This document shows, one piece after another, positions 14,389 through 27,100 of a DNA stretch of 64,000 nucleotides. A model generated the notes under the pieces. It ran no database searches, had not been told where the DNA came from, and worked only from the letters and a program-made list of their open reading frames with translations. Origin of the DNA: Callorhinchus milii (lineage: Eukaryota); assembly GCF_018977255.1 (NCBI RefSeq), contig NW_024704751.1, positions 9,114,001 through 9,178,000 of the forward strand. The letters are read 5' to 3'. Both the position numbers and the translations under genes were made by a program. The stretch's first letter is position 1, and every line of letters begins with the position of its first letter.

Positions 14389-14718
14389 CGCTGGTACAAC
14401 TCATATTACAGAAAAATTCAAATGTTTTCCTTAGGCCCTGTTTCACAACATGGAAACTGTTGGAACAGTGATCGTTCTTACACTGGAACCTTTCTACTGG
14501 ATGTTTTTTCTAAAGTATGATGGACTTGGACTTTGTGTTAATATGTATTGAGAGATGTGTATTTTCTGTCAGAAAAAATATGAAATATTTTGTCTGTCTC
14601 TGTAAAAAAAAAATATATTTTTGGAACAGTTATAGGATCATGCTCACTAAGTTGTAACTGTTTCAGTGTTAATAGGTTAACCAGCGTCCTGTCAGCTCAA
14701 TTGATAACTTCTGCATAA

Positions 14719-15091
14719 GAGTCCTGTAGTGTAGTAGTTAGAGCACCCGCCTCGCAAGTAAGAGGAACCAGGTTCAATTCCCGGGTGGGGCGAAACCTTA
14801 GGCAAGTCTCCTTACTCCATGCACCTGTTTACCTAGCAGTAAGTAGGAACCTGGTTGTTACGACAATTGGTGGATCACTATCCTGGGGTAATAATCCCTT
14901 CAATAATAAATAATAATTTGGTCACTCAATCCATGATGTGTTTGTGGAATACTGCTGTGAACAATTGGCTGCTGCATTTCACCCCCCCAACAAACTATAC
15001 AATTCACAATTGACTTTACAGTACGCCATGTGAAGCGCATTGAGACATCTCAACGACAAGTTAAGGAGCTATGTCAAACACAGGGATTATT
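14719..15091 (+). mobile_element. tRNA-derived SINE (long subfamily)
   Basis: tRNA-like head (GAGTCCTGTAG...GGTTCAATTCC B box), central CTGTTTACCTAGCAGTAAGTAGGAACC segment and the shared 3' tail. Confidence 0.85.
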
Positions 15092-16900
15092 AAAACCAAT
15101 AAAGTCTTTGAATAGCCAATCGAGTTACAACGGGGGCGAGATGTGGGAATATAAAGGAAAGCAAGAGTGGTGGTCCAGTGTGTGTCCTTGAACAGCTTGT
15201 GTGAGCGGCACAGAAGTGGTGGGGGGCACGGAGAAGAGAGAATACCACAAGATGGAATCCTAACCCGAGAGGTTGTTCTTGTTCGCAGATCGCCAGCAGC
15301 CATGCTGATTAATGTCCTGATATCTGTTAAACCTTCAAAGACTCTTGTTTATGATGGAATGGTAATAATAAAAAAAACAGGGTTTTATAAGTGACCCAAG
15401 TCATTCTATAAGTGTAGGATTCAGCTGTGTAGACACTGCGCTTACGACTTACCTTCCTTGAATCATTTGGGTCTGGGAGTAGGATTAAGGTATTTCTGAA
15501 GATTATGTGGCATTAACAGTGATCCTGCTGTGCTACCAGTGTCCTGTAGAGGCAGGTGCATGGCAGGTTGCAAACTGGTATGATTATCGGACTTGGGAGA
15601 ATAGTAATAATAGCTTATAATACAGGAATGAAATCTGGATCCAGAAAACTACGACTGTAATTAAAAAGGAGATAATCTAACCGGCCCAAGCCTCCAGCAG
15701 ATCAGATTCAATACAAAAGGGTTTTTTTTTATATAGAATAATGAAAAAAGTTGTGATCACTTGTTTTCATTATGTTTGTCCTTAAAGAGGGGGGAAAACT
15801 AGGCCAGAACAATCTTTCAAGCTCTAGATTAAACAGGGGATCAAAAAGTATACAGCGGGATCAAAATTGTCAGTAGTCAGGTATCAGGAGAGCTTAGGCA
15901 ATCTTTATTTAATTTAGATATACAGAGTTTTAAAATAATCGTTACAAAGTGGGAGAAGGAAAAAACTTGTTCTCAAAAGCATCGTATTCCACTGAAATCA
16001 AACAAGATTAACAGTTCAAAATCAAGATCTTCAATTTGTCAAAGGATCTTGCACCTGGTCAAAGGACAAAGTTGAGTTCATAAATTGTTATTGCTATAGT
16101 GATGGGACTCCTTTTAATAGTCCCTGGTCACTGCAAGGTCACTAATCTGTCTTTCTCTCAAATTGCATCTGAGGGTCTTGTTGGGAGGGGGAGGAGGGGG
16201 CTGGTGTGTTCGGCACCAAATGCATTTGGAAACCGCTTTCTCCTAGAGAGAGGAACCTGGTGGCAGTTTAAAAGATGTGAGCACTCAATCAACAACTGTA
16301 TGTGGGCACTGCTGTGCACAAGTTACACATCAAACTCCACCAACGAAACTAAACAATGATCTGGCTAGCTAACATACCTCTTCAAATGTGGGTCTCCCAC
16401 TGTCCAGAAAACCAAAAGTCCTGACCTCACTTGCAGTCAGCGTCTTTGAATTTACTGACCACATTCTCCACGGAGACAGGGGGTTGGAAGGAAGGGAGTA
16501 TTTAACCAGTGTCTTGGCTAATGATCCAACAGATCAATTATAATAATAAATTAGTCATTCACTCCATGGCTTCTTGTGAGAATTTGCTGCTTGCAGAATG
16601 GCTGCAGTGTTTGCCTACAAACTCAGTCCCTGAACCTGACAGCAATTACCTATGCAGTACATTTAGAGACATTCTGACATTACAGACTCTATATTAATTG
16701 CATGGATTATTGTAAAGATGTCAAGTGTATAAATCTTATCTGAGCGGTGCGCTTTCTGCCAAGATTTCTGCAACAGGATATCTGGACTGTATAGATAAGG
16801 AGTTCCAGGTAAGTTCGGAGCCCAGGTGTGCTGGAAAGAATTTCACAAACAAATGAACCTGAGTCCCGATAGGTGTTGTGTTCAGATGATGCCGTGTTGG

Positions 16901-19900
16901 TTACATGTTGGTGACGATCGCAGCGTTGTAGATGAGATCTGAAATGTAACCCAGGGAAGTGTGCACTCCAGCCTCTACCTGCTCTCCTTGTGCTTGCTCC
17001 AGGCAGCTCTGCCTGCTTGGCACCACTTGATCAGACACAGAGAGCTTTCCGAAGTTGCTGATATGGCTCCCCGAGCTGGCTCCTTTGCTCCTAAAGCCAA
17101 GATCGCCATTGAACTGGTCGAACCCACCATCGTGCCTGTTGCACCCACTGTGGCCTTGTGCTTCGTGTTGGGAGCTGACGGCCAAACCATTCTCCCACAG
17201 GAACTGGTCCAGGAATCCCGGTGAGAGGTCTGATGGGCAGCTCTGGAGATGATGTTGCTGATGTTGTTGCTGCATTGAGGCTTCGTGGCTGAACCTGGGT
17301 CCAGTCGGGTTCCCGTAGTCCACCTCTTGCATGTTGAAGTGAACAGTTCTGAAATCAGGCTCTCTGGGAATGGGGGAAGAGGTAAAGTTTCCTGGCAAAC
17401 GGCAGGGGCTCTGGGCTGTTCCCCACGACATTCGCTTCCTCAGTTTCTTCCCCTGCTTCATACAGCGTGCCCGGCGATTCTGAAACCACACCTGAAAGGC
17501 AATGTGCACAGAAATAATAATAATCCTTGCATTTGATTTAGCGCCTTATGCCTTCAAGACATCTCAAAGAGCTTCAGAGAATATACTGTGAAGTGAATTG
17601 ACTGCATATTTTGTGGGAGAAACACGGCAGCCAATTGCATACATCAGCGTCCCACAAATAGACGTCATAAATGTCATAATTTGTCAGTAAAAAAAATTCC
17701 TACATCAACTCATCCTAACTTGGAAAGTGAACTCACAGCATAAGGAATGTTTAAGGACAGAGTCAGGCTCACTCAGACACCCTCCTGCCGAGTTAGCCTG
17801 ACTGAGCCTAAGCGAGCAGTGTCTCTTTTAAGAAGCCCTATGAAGATAAAGGTCTGATTAATCTTCCCAGCCCCTATAATAGGCACCGTATGAGGTTGGG
17901 GGGAAGAAGCTGGAGGTGAGAGACTTAGGTAAAAAGTACAGGAAGCATCAGCCTCCAAAACAGGTGGATAAACGGTGTTGAAGTATTGTTGGTTTTGCTG
18001 TTTATTCCAGTAACAAAGGTTAATGGAATAAACAGCCACCGAACCTGGAGCAGACATCCCTAGACATCCTCGGTCACGCCCAGGACTGTCAGGTCCCCTC
18101 CCCCCTCTTGTAATAGCCAAATAACCAGCTGAGACTCACTATCTCCACCCATTTGCACAAGGTAGCAAGCCTGTCGAATTGTATCCCACCGTGAGTCAAT
18201 TTCGGCAGAGATACAGAGAGAGACCGAAGATCTCTCAGTGATTATCTTCTCTTGTTTTACAGGATGATAATGGTTAATGCAAACGTAAAATATGAATTGC
18301 CAACAAATTATAACTAAACATTAATAGGCTGAACAATGACTGATATACCAACATGCTACACTATATCACCCCACCATATTTCATCAAATGTAACCTGCTT
18401 CCCTAAAGCTTCCAAGACCTTAGTAAAGATAATGCAGCGTTACTAAAATAAATACTAACTGCGTATAGTCACTTACAAGGTGCCATGAAAAAATACTGTA
18501 TTCTGGATGGCCGCTCCATCTGCCTACCCTAATCTCTCATTCTATCTGTCTATCTAAGGCTCGCTCTGTCTGTCTCCCTCCCTGTGGGTTGCATTCATAC
18601 GAGACATTAAACTGTCTGCCTGATCAGGTGGATGTTAATGATCCCAATGCATTTTTCGAAAAGAGAAGAGTTTCTCCCAGTGTCCTGGTCAACAATCCTC
18701 CAGATAAAACAGTAGTCTTCACTACACGGCTGTTTGTGGAACATTGCTCTGCTCAAATTGGCTGCTACTACACAAAAAAAAACAGTGGAGCACCTTGAGA
18801 TGTAATACTCTGTGATAAGGTGCCATATCAAAGACAGAATTGTTATTTACCTGGATTTTGGACTCGGGGAGCCTGGTAATCTCAGCCAGTCCCTCCCTCA
18901 TGTTGATGTCAGGGTAGGGGGTCACCACGAAAGCCTTCTCCAGCTCGCTCAGCTGCCACCGGCTGAAGATGGTCCTCTTCCTCTTGCGTTGGCCCTCAGC
19001 CATAAACCCCACCAACTCCACCGCCTCGGGCAGCGATACCATCTGCGGCACAGCATCTGATAGGACAACACAAAGACAAGCACCCATCAGCCCAGGAACA
19101 TGAACATTCCTCTTACTCTGACCACTCAATCCCCACTGCCCCCCCACCTAACCACCCCCCCCCCCCCCCACACACACACACACATTCAACCCAACCCACA
19201 GCCCCTGGATTCCACTCCAATCCCACCTCTAACCCCATCCTCAAGCTACAATTTCACAGAAAATATAATCACTCTTCTGCTAGGCAGTGCTGGGCAACCC
19301 TTGGCCCGCGGGCCGCAAGTGGCCCGCTCGGCGTCAACCCCCTCCTCAACACTCTCACCAGGGCAGCCCCAAGTCCCACGTTCGCTCAATCAACATTTCT
19401 AGGTTTTTCCTGATTGGATATTCCTTGAGTCAGGTCAATAAATCGTGAAACAATTCAATCGAGAAAATGTTACTTTTCCTCAATCTCAAACCGGTTACAC
19501 AAACTCGCGGCCAATCTGAACAGTCATCAGAAACCAACACAGGGGAAGAGAGTAACTCTGAGGAGGAGTGGAATCACTCTCGAGTTGGTGCGTTGCGATA
19601 GATTTGAATACATCTCTACATCGTAGAACTCGGACTGACCTGAACACAGACACAGTCACACACTCTCACACTCAGACACACACTCAGACACGGGCTCAGT
19701 CAGTCTCTGCCTCTGGTTGTGGGGGTCTCAAGTCAATCGTAACTCAAAAGCACCAACAACTTTATATTAAGTGACTGCAGAACTTCGCCGGGAATTGGAA
19801 GGAAGAAGTCCCAAGTCACACGAGTTGGTTGTGATGTGACCCAAACCCTGAACTCTGTCCACACACCCACTCGCCATGGACCATGTTAGTTGTCTCACCC

Positions 19901-19992
19901 TTCTCACAGACTCCTGCTCCCTCGATGCTCTTGTGAGTCTGGCTCTGGAGCTCCGGCCCCGTCAAACACACCGACTGCAGGAAACTCTCCAT
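16901..19992 (-). CDS. SEBOX: SEBOX / OG9 (mezzo-like) paired-like Q50 homeobox protein, 3 coding exons, about 296 aa
   Basis: Exons (-): 19992-19899 (predicted first exon MESFLQSV..., phase-1 GT donor; least certain), 19056-18851 and 17491-16901. Homeodomain [20 protein letters not shown]...[23 protein letters not shown]|VWFQNRRAR has the PRD-class intron position. C-terminus is [19 protein letters not shown]. Position next to TMEM199 matches the known SEBOX locus. Confidence 0.9.
18595..18835 (+). mobile_element. DeuSINE-like (SacSINE1/AmnSINE1-related) fragment in SEBOX intron
   Basis: GAGACATTAAAC...CAGGTGGATGTTAATGATCCC...GTGTCCTGGTCAAC core, homologous to 40690-41000. Confidence 0.65.
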
Positions 19993-20094
19993 CAGTCAGT
20001 CAGTCGCTGTGCAAACTGCTTCTCTGGAAGGAGGAGGAATAACTCTGCACTGTCTCTCTCTCTCTCTCTCCCCTCTCTCTCTCTCTCTGCTTGT

Positions 20095-20742
20095 CTGTGC
20101 TCTCCTGTGTGTGGCTCCTGTGATCTCCTGCCTGTGCTCCCTGTGTGTGGCTCCTGCCTGTGCTCCCTGTGTGTGGCTCCTGCCTGTGCTCCCTGTGTGT
20201 GGCTCCTGCCTGTGCTCTCCTGTGTGTGGCTCCTGTGCTCTCCTGCCTGTGCTCCCTGAGTGTGGCTCCTGCCTGTGATCTCCTGTGTGTGTGGCTCCTG
20301 CCTGTGCTCCCTGTGTGTGCTCTCCTGCCTGTGCTCCCTGTGTGTGGCTCCTGCCTGTGCTCCCTGTGTGTGGCTCCTGCCTGTGCTCCCTGTGTGTGGC
20401 TCCTGCCTGTGATCTCCTGCCTGTGCTCTCCTGTGTGTGTGGCTCCTGCCTGTGCTCCCTGTGTGTGGCTCCTGCCTGTGCTCCCTGTGTGTGGCTCCTG
20501 CCTGTGCTCCCTGTGTGTGGCTCCTGCCTGTGCTCCCTGTGTGTGGCTCCTGCCTGTGCTCCCTGTGTGTGGCTCCTGTGTGTGGCTCCTGCCTGTGCTC
20601 CCTGTGTGTGGCTCCCTGTGTGTGCGCTCCTGCCTGTGCTCCCTGAGTGTGGCTCCTGCCTGTGCTCCCTGAGTGTGGCTCCTGCCTGTGGCTCCTGCCT
20701 GTGCTCTCCTGCCTGTGCTCCCTGAGTGTGGCTCCTGCCTGT
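20095..20742. repeat. Minisatellite, 26-bp unit GGCTCCTGCCTGTGCTCCCTGTGTGT
   Basis: Direct tandem repetition with variant units, preceded by (CT)n. Confidence 0.95.
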
Positions 20743-21544
20743 TCTCTGCCCTTCTGGCCTTTTTGTAGCCTGACCCGTCCCTCAGGAGCGCAGGTGCCGA
20801 AGCCCCAGTCCCACACCTCTTGTCCCCTTTCAAGCAGCCGCCCTTTGTGTGGGTGTCAGTCAGTGTGAAGCTTTGAGGCTCAGCGCCGCCTTGTCATCTC
20901 CATCCCATTGTGGCTGTGAATGGTGCAAACAGACAGACAGACTCTCACTCACTCACTCACTCACAGCCCCAAGTCTGATCAGCTGTGTGCAATCCACGTC
21001 AGGGCACCTATCCTCACAGCTCTGCCAGACAGCTTCACACCCTGTTTAGCTGAGCACACACACACCACACACACACACCACACATACACACAGGAAGAGA
21101 CACACACCGGCAAATCAGACGGGTTAAAAAAACATACCACACCACACTTTTGTAGGCAGGTTCCAACTAGTGTGTGCACAGCAGCGAGGTTTCAGTATTT
21201 CTTACTTACACACATGCTCTTTTTTTTTTAACTCTGCAGCTCATAAACTCACTTCCTTAAATCTGTCAGGATCTCAAACCCTTTGAATCCCGGCGAATGC
21301 TGCATTTTTTGGAACATTTGATAGTTAAAAGAATATTTGAAGTCATGCGATCCATGATATCTGCCAATTGCTGCCTCCAGTTATTTTGATTTAAGAATCC
21401 CCGAGTATTGTTGCAGTTGCATTTACTTACTTGCGCTACAGATGATAATAATCCTTGCATTTGATACAGCGCCTTATCACGTTGTTGAGACGTCTCAAAG
21501 CGCTTCGCAGAATATACTGCAAACTGGATTAACTGTGTACTTTG

Positions 21545-21875
21545 ACTGTTAAGAGCCCTCGCCTTACAAGCGAGAGGACTTGGATTCAATTCTCGAGTGA
21601 GGCGAAACCTAAGGCAAGTTTCCTTACTGCACACTCCTCTGTATACCTGGCAGTAAGTAGGAACCCAGTTGACGGATTGATTTCTGGGAGTAATAATCCC
21701 TCAAAAATATATGGTCACTACTGTTTGTGGGGACGCTGCTGTGTGCAATTGGCTGCCGTGTTTCGCTCACAAAATATACAGTCAATTCCCTTTACAGTAT
21801 ATTCTGTGAAGCGCTTTGAGACGTCTCGAAGACGTGATAAGGCGCTGTATCAAATGCCGGGAACATTATTATTAT
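21545..21875 (+). mobile_element. tRNA-derived SINE (long subfamily), abutting an inverted SINE tail at about 21445-21540
   Basis: Same head, body and tail as the copies at 14719 and 29368. Confidence 0.85.
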
Positions 21876-22281
21876 ATTTTTTAAAAAATCTCATTTAAAG
21901 GAAGCTGGGAACTAACGCCTTCGACAACGAGTGGTGCGAGTCTGTCTTACTTAAAATTAAAGTGAGTGCAGAGCTCAGAGTCGGAATCCCCCTCTTCTCA
22001 GTATGAATCACTATGTGTATTTGTGGTAGCACTACACAATACTGACTGAGGCTGGTGTTGGGACAAACACCACTTCAATACACACCCCAGACCAGCTGCT
22101 CTCTCTGTGTAGTGCCTGGACCCTGACTTCAGGAAGGATTTAACACTTGCAGCACTTTACTGAGAGCATCTTTCATCCCAGTTTCCTTAATGGGATCCGT
22201 GGATGAGTGTTACTGAGTACATGTTGCATCTGTCACTTGGTCCTGTCTGTATTGGACAGACATTGTCTGTCAATATTTCTG

Positions 22282-22606
22282 GAGTCCTGTAGCTCAGTGG
22301 TTAGAGCACTCGCTTTGCGAGCGAGAGACCTGAGTTCAATTCCAGGCAGAGGGTGAAACCTTGGGCAAGTTTCCTTACTCCACACAGAGCCTAATAATAA
22401 TCCTCCAAAACCAAAAACAACAATAAATTGGTCATTTTGAATCTACGACACTTTGTGGGACATTGCTGTGCACAATTGGCTGCCGCGTTCGCCCACAAAT
22501 ATACAGTCAATTCACTTTACAGTGTGTTCTGTGAAGCGCTTTGGGACGTCCTCCCGACGTGAAAAGCGCTATATCAAATGCGAGGATTATTATTATTATT
22601 ATTATT
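22282..22606 (+). mobile_element. Full-length tRNA-derived SINE (short subfamily)
   Basis: A box TAGCTCAGTGG, B box GAGTTCAATTCC, 3' stem-loop and (ATT)n tail. A near-identical inverted copy lies at 38921-39260. Confidence 0.92.
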
Positions 22607-22716
22607 GTACATCTCTCTCTGGCACTGTCTCTCCCTGTCTGTCAGTACAGTCTCTTTCTCTCTGTCCTTAACCAGTGTCTCTCCCCCATCTGTACCCAAT
22701 CTCTCTCTCGCCCCCT

Positions 22717-24095
22717 GGGTGCCAGCCTCTCGCCCCCTGTGTGCCAGCCTCTTGCCCCCTGTGTGCCAGCCTCTCGCCCCCTGTGCCAGCCTCTCGCCCC
22801 CTGTGCCAGCCTCTCTCCCCCTGTGTGCCAGCCTCTCTCCCCCTGTGAGAGCCTCTCTCCCCCTGTGCCAGCCTCTCTCCCCCTGTGCCAGCCTCTCGCC
22901 CCCTGTGCCAGCCTCTCTCCCCCTGTGCCAGCCTCTCGCCCCCTGTGCCAGCCTCTCTCCCCCTGTGCCAGCCTCTCTCCCCCTGTGCCAGCCTCTCGCC
23001 CCCTGTGTGCCAGCCTCTCTCCCCCTGTGTGCCAGCCTCTCTCCCCCTGTGCCAGCCTCTCTCCCCCTGTGCCAGCCTCTCGCCCCCTGTGTGCCAGCCT
23101 CTCTCCCCCTGTGCCAGCCTCTCTCCCCCTGTGTGCCAGCCTCTCGCCCCCTGTGCCAGCCTCTCGCCCCCCCCCCTGTGTGCCAGCCTCTCTCCCCCTG
23201 TGCCAGCCTCTCTCCCCGTGCCAGCCTCTCTCCCCCTGTGCCAGCCTCTCTCCCCCTGTGTGCCAGCCTCTCGCCCCCTGTGTGCCAGCCTCTCTCCCCC
23301 TGTGAGAGCCTCTCTCCCCGTGCCAGCCTCTCTCCCCCTGTGCCAGCCTCTCTCCCCCTGTGCCAGCCTCTCTCCCCCTGTGAGAGCCTCTCTCCCCGTG
23401 CCAGCCTCTCTCCCCTGTGCCAGCCTCTCTCCCCCTGTGCCAGCCTCTCTCCCCCTGTGCCAGCCTCTCTCCCCCTGTGCCAGCCTCTCTCCCCCTGTGC
23501 CAGCCTCTCTCCCCCTGTGCCAGCCTCTCTCCCCCTGTGCCAGCCTCTCTCCCCCTGTGCCAGCCTCTCGCCCCCTGTGCCAGCCTCTCTCCCCCTGTGC
23601 CAGCCTCTCGCCCCCTGTGCCAGCCTCTCGCCCCCTGTGCCAGCCTCTCTCCCCCTGTGCCAGCCTCTCGCCCCCTGTGCCAGCCTCTCGCCCCCTGTGC
23701 CAGCCTCTCTCCCCCTGTGCCAGCCTCTCGCCCCTGTGCCAGCCTCTCGCCCCCTGTGCCAGCCTCTCGTCCCCTGTGCCAGCCTCTCTCCCCCTGTGCC
23801 AGCCTCTCTCCCCCTGTGCCAGCCTCTCCCCCCTGTGCCAGCCTCTCGCCCCCTGTGCCAGCCTCTCTCCCCCTGTGCCAGCCTCTCTCCCCCTGTGCCA
23901 GCCTCTCTCCCCCTGTGCCAGCCTCTCTCCCCCTGTGCCAGCCTCTCTCCCCCTGTGCCAGCCTCTCTCCCCCTGTGCCAGCCTCTCTCCCCCTGTGCCA
24001 GCCTCTCTCCCCCTGTGCCAGCCTCTCTCCCCCTGTGCCAGCCTCTCTCCCCCTGTGCCAGCCTCTCTCCCCCTGTGCCAGCCTCTCGCCCCCCT
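22717..24095. repeat. Minisatellite, 20-bp unit CCCCCTGTGCCAGCCTCTCT (about 1.4 kb)
   Basis: Highly homogeneous tandem array ending about 80 bp before the predicted KIF12 ATG. Confidence 0.97.
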
Positions 24096-24177
24096 GCTGG
24101 TGCCCTCAGGAGCCGCACTGTGTGTGTTTGGGTACCTGTGGCTCTCGGGCTGCAGTGGGAGGGAGAGGGCGAGTCTC

Positions 24178-27100
24178 ATGTGCTCCGCGAACAGCGGGTA
24201 AGTGACCCTCTCACTGTCACCAAACCCCCCCCGAGACCCCCCCCCGGCACTGACCCCCCCCCCCCACCCCCGGCACTGACCCCCTCTCGGTCAGTCCCTG
24301 AGTCTGTCTGTGCCCTCACAGGGCGGCGGCACAGGTCGGAGACGGTTCCGGAGAGGACGGGATCCAGGAATCCAACGTGTTGGTGGCTCTCAGGTAACTG
24401 TTACATTGCGGGAGAGACAGTGTGTGAGAGACAGACAGTGTGTGTGAGACAGACAGACAGACAGTGTGTGTGAGAGAGACAGACAGACAGTGTGTGAGAG
24501 GGAGACAGTGTGTGTGAGACAGACAGACAGACAGTGTGTGAGAGGGAGACAGACAGTGTGTGTGAGAGAGACAGACAGACAGTGTGTGTGAGAGATAGAC
24601 AGACAGTGTGTGTGAGAGAGACAGACAGACAGTGTGTGTGAGAGACAGACAGACAGTGTGTGTGAGAGAGACAGACAGACAGTGTGTGAGAGGGAGACAG
24701 TGTGTGTGAGACAGACAGACAGTGTGTATGAGAGAGAGAGACAGTGTGTGAGAGACAGACAGTGTGTGTGAGAGACAGACAGACAGTGTGTGAGAGGGAG
24801 AGAGACAGTGTGTGAGAGACAGACTGTGTGTGTGAGAGACAGACAGTGTGTGAGACAGTGTGTGTGAGAGACAGACAGTGTGTGAGACAGACACAGTGTG
24901 TGAGAGACAGACAGTGTGTGTGAGAGACAGACAGTGTGTGAGACAGTGTGTGTGAGAGACAGACAGTGTGTGTGAGAGACAGACAGTGTGTGAGAGACAG
25001 ACAGTGTGTGTGTGTTTGAGAGAGACTGACAAGTGGAGATGGAGGGCCACAGAAAGAGAACATGAAAGAGACAGAGAGGAAAATAGTGACCAGTGAGAGA
25101 GACAGTGATAAGAGTGACAGAGAGACGAAGTGACAGAGAGCGACACAGACAGACAGCGGTGCCGAGAGTGACACGGAGAGAACTTGGGAGTCTGCTCATC
25201 ATTGGATTATTATTCTTTTTGTTCTCTCTCTCGTTTCGCCCACAAGATACACAGTCAACTCACTTCACAATATATTCCGTGAAGCGCTTTGAGGTGTCTC
25301 ACTGTCGCGATAAGGCGCTGCATCAAATGCAAGGATTGTTATTATTATTATTATATGTGACTGACAGCAGTGGGTCTACATGAGCAGGTGACAGACAGAA
25401 TCTCTCGTCCTGTCCTGTGTTGACAGGATTCGGCCTTTGAATGGATCCGAGGTCAGGAGAGGGACTCAGTCCGTGCTGCAGTGCCCTGGACCCAACACGG
25501 TGCAGGTGAGTCTGAGGGTCAGGCTCGGTCCACACTCTGCCTATGTGGTGGGTCAGAGGGAGTGAGGCTGTCTGTGGATTGGGGGGGGGAGTGAGTCTGT
25601 GTGTGGATGGGGGTGGGGGGGTGGGGGGAGCGAAGCTGTGTGTGGAGTGGGAGGGAGTGTCGCTGTGTGTTGGTCAGAGCGAGTGACGCTGCGTGTGGAA
25701 TGGGAGGGAGTGATACTCTGTTCTAAAGGCACGAAAGGTGACTGGTTATTTACAGGTGAACCTGGGTGTCAGGGAGAAGATCTTCACGTTTAACGCGGTG
25801 TTTGACCAGGAAGCCTCCCAGCAGGACATCTTCGATCGCTGCAACATGCAGCGGCTGATCAGCTTGGCCTTGACAGGGTAAAGGTGCTCCCTCTGTCTGG
25901 GTCCAACACAGGGCAGGTCAGAGAGTGACAGGGAGTGTACACTGGGAGTGAATCTGCGCAGTCACTAGACTTCACAGTATATCTGTCGCGTGAAGCACTT
26001 TGAGAAGCCCTCCTGATACGAAAGGCGCTGTGTCAAATGCAAGAATTATTATTCATCATTATTATATCACTGAGAGCGAAGGGCCCACTCTCTCCTGGTG
26101 GGAATCGTTGATTCCCGTCACTGAGGGTAATGTAACATACTGTACCTCCCACAGTGACTCGCGGAAGGTGGACTCTGGCAATGAATAACATGAAAGCCAC
26201 AGCCAACATCAGTGTGAGAACTTGGTGGGGGTTGGGGAGTCAGAGTAGGGTTAATGAGCCAGCAGCTGGAGGGGGCTGGGGATTAACGTGGGGTGGGAGG
26301 AAGGTGGCGGGAGGTTGAGACCATCTATCACCCCTCTCCAGCTCTGTTTCCAGGGCATCAAGGCTAGCGACATGGGCAGATGTGCTCTCACCATGCGCTG
26401 TGAACCTGGTTTGCCCTCGTGCCCTTCAGTGTGTGGGAAGGAATGTGAATGCTGATGTCTACACTGCCCTGGAGGTCCTCTCTCTCTCCCCCGCACCCCT
26501 CCCACCCCACGCAGGGCTGCTGATGTGAAGCCTCTCTGTTATAGGTACGCCTGCACCGTGTTTGCTTTTGGTCAGACGGGATCAGGAAAGACCTTCACGG
26601 TGACGGGACCAGTTACAATGGTGAGCCTCAGGCAGGTTGCTGGTAACTCATTAACTACCAGCTGTCAGGCTTGGCTGGAGACCCCAGTTTGGCCTCCTTT
26701 TAGAGGAATAAGCTATTTGTAAACACCTCAACCACACGCGTCTCGGCAAATGATCAGCGCAGTTTAACTCCGCGATGGCTACAGGGAGACAGACCATTGA
26801 TCTCGACTGTTCTCCTCAGGGAGATGGAAGTGGGAGCTCCTTGGAGCTGATCGGTGACAAAAGTGACTTTGGCCACGGAATGTCACAATCAAGTCCATCC
26901 TGTGGCGATCTTGACAGACCTGTAGCTGTATTCCGGGGCACTCACTCCTGACGGCAGCACAGCCCAGCCTGGCTCATAAACAGGACCTGGAAGGGTCGAC
27001 CAGTCACTGGGGGGCAGGGAATCCTCCCACTCAGCATCTGTTAACCCTGAAAGCCAAAGCCCTAACGGCTAGGGTGGCGTTTTTCAAAAAGAGAAGGGAA

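Noticed and set aside
19358-19397. Alternative SEBOX first exon ([12 protein letters not shown])
   Set aside because: Its donor is phase 2, incompatible with the phase-1 acceptor at 19056.
19992-20833. Overlapping 146-277 aa repetitive ORFs
   Set aside because: Translations of the 26-bp minisatellite.
22282-22355. tRNA-like sequences (also at 14719, 29368, 32088, 39190-39260, 63640)
   Set aside because: They are SINE heads continuous with the SINE body and tail, not tRNA genes.
22541-24473. Very long ORFs (up to 631 aa) on both strands, one in frame with the KIF12 start
   Set aside because: They arise from a stop-free 20-bp minisatellite that is open in several frames at once. The frame continuous with KIF12 has no upstream ATG.
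24316-25202. His/Thr/Cys-rich ORFs
   Set aside because: Microsatellite translation.
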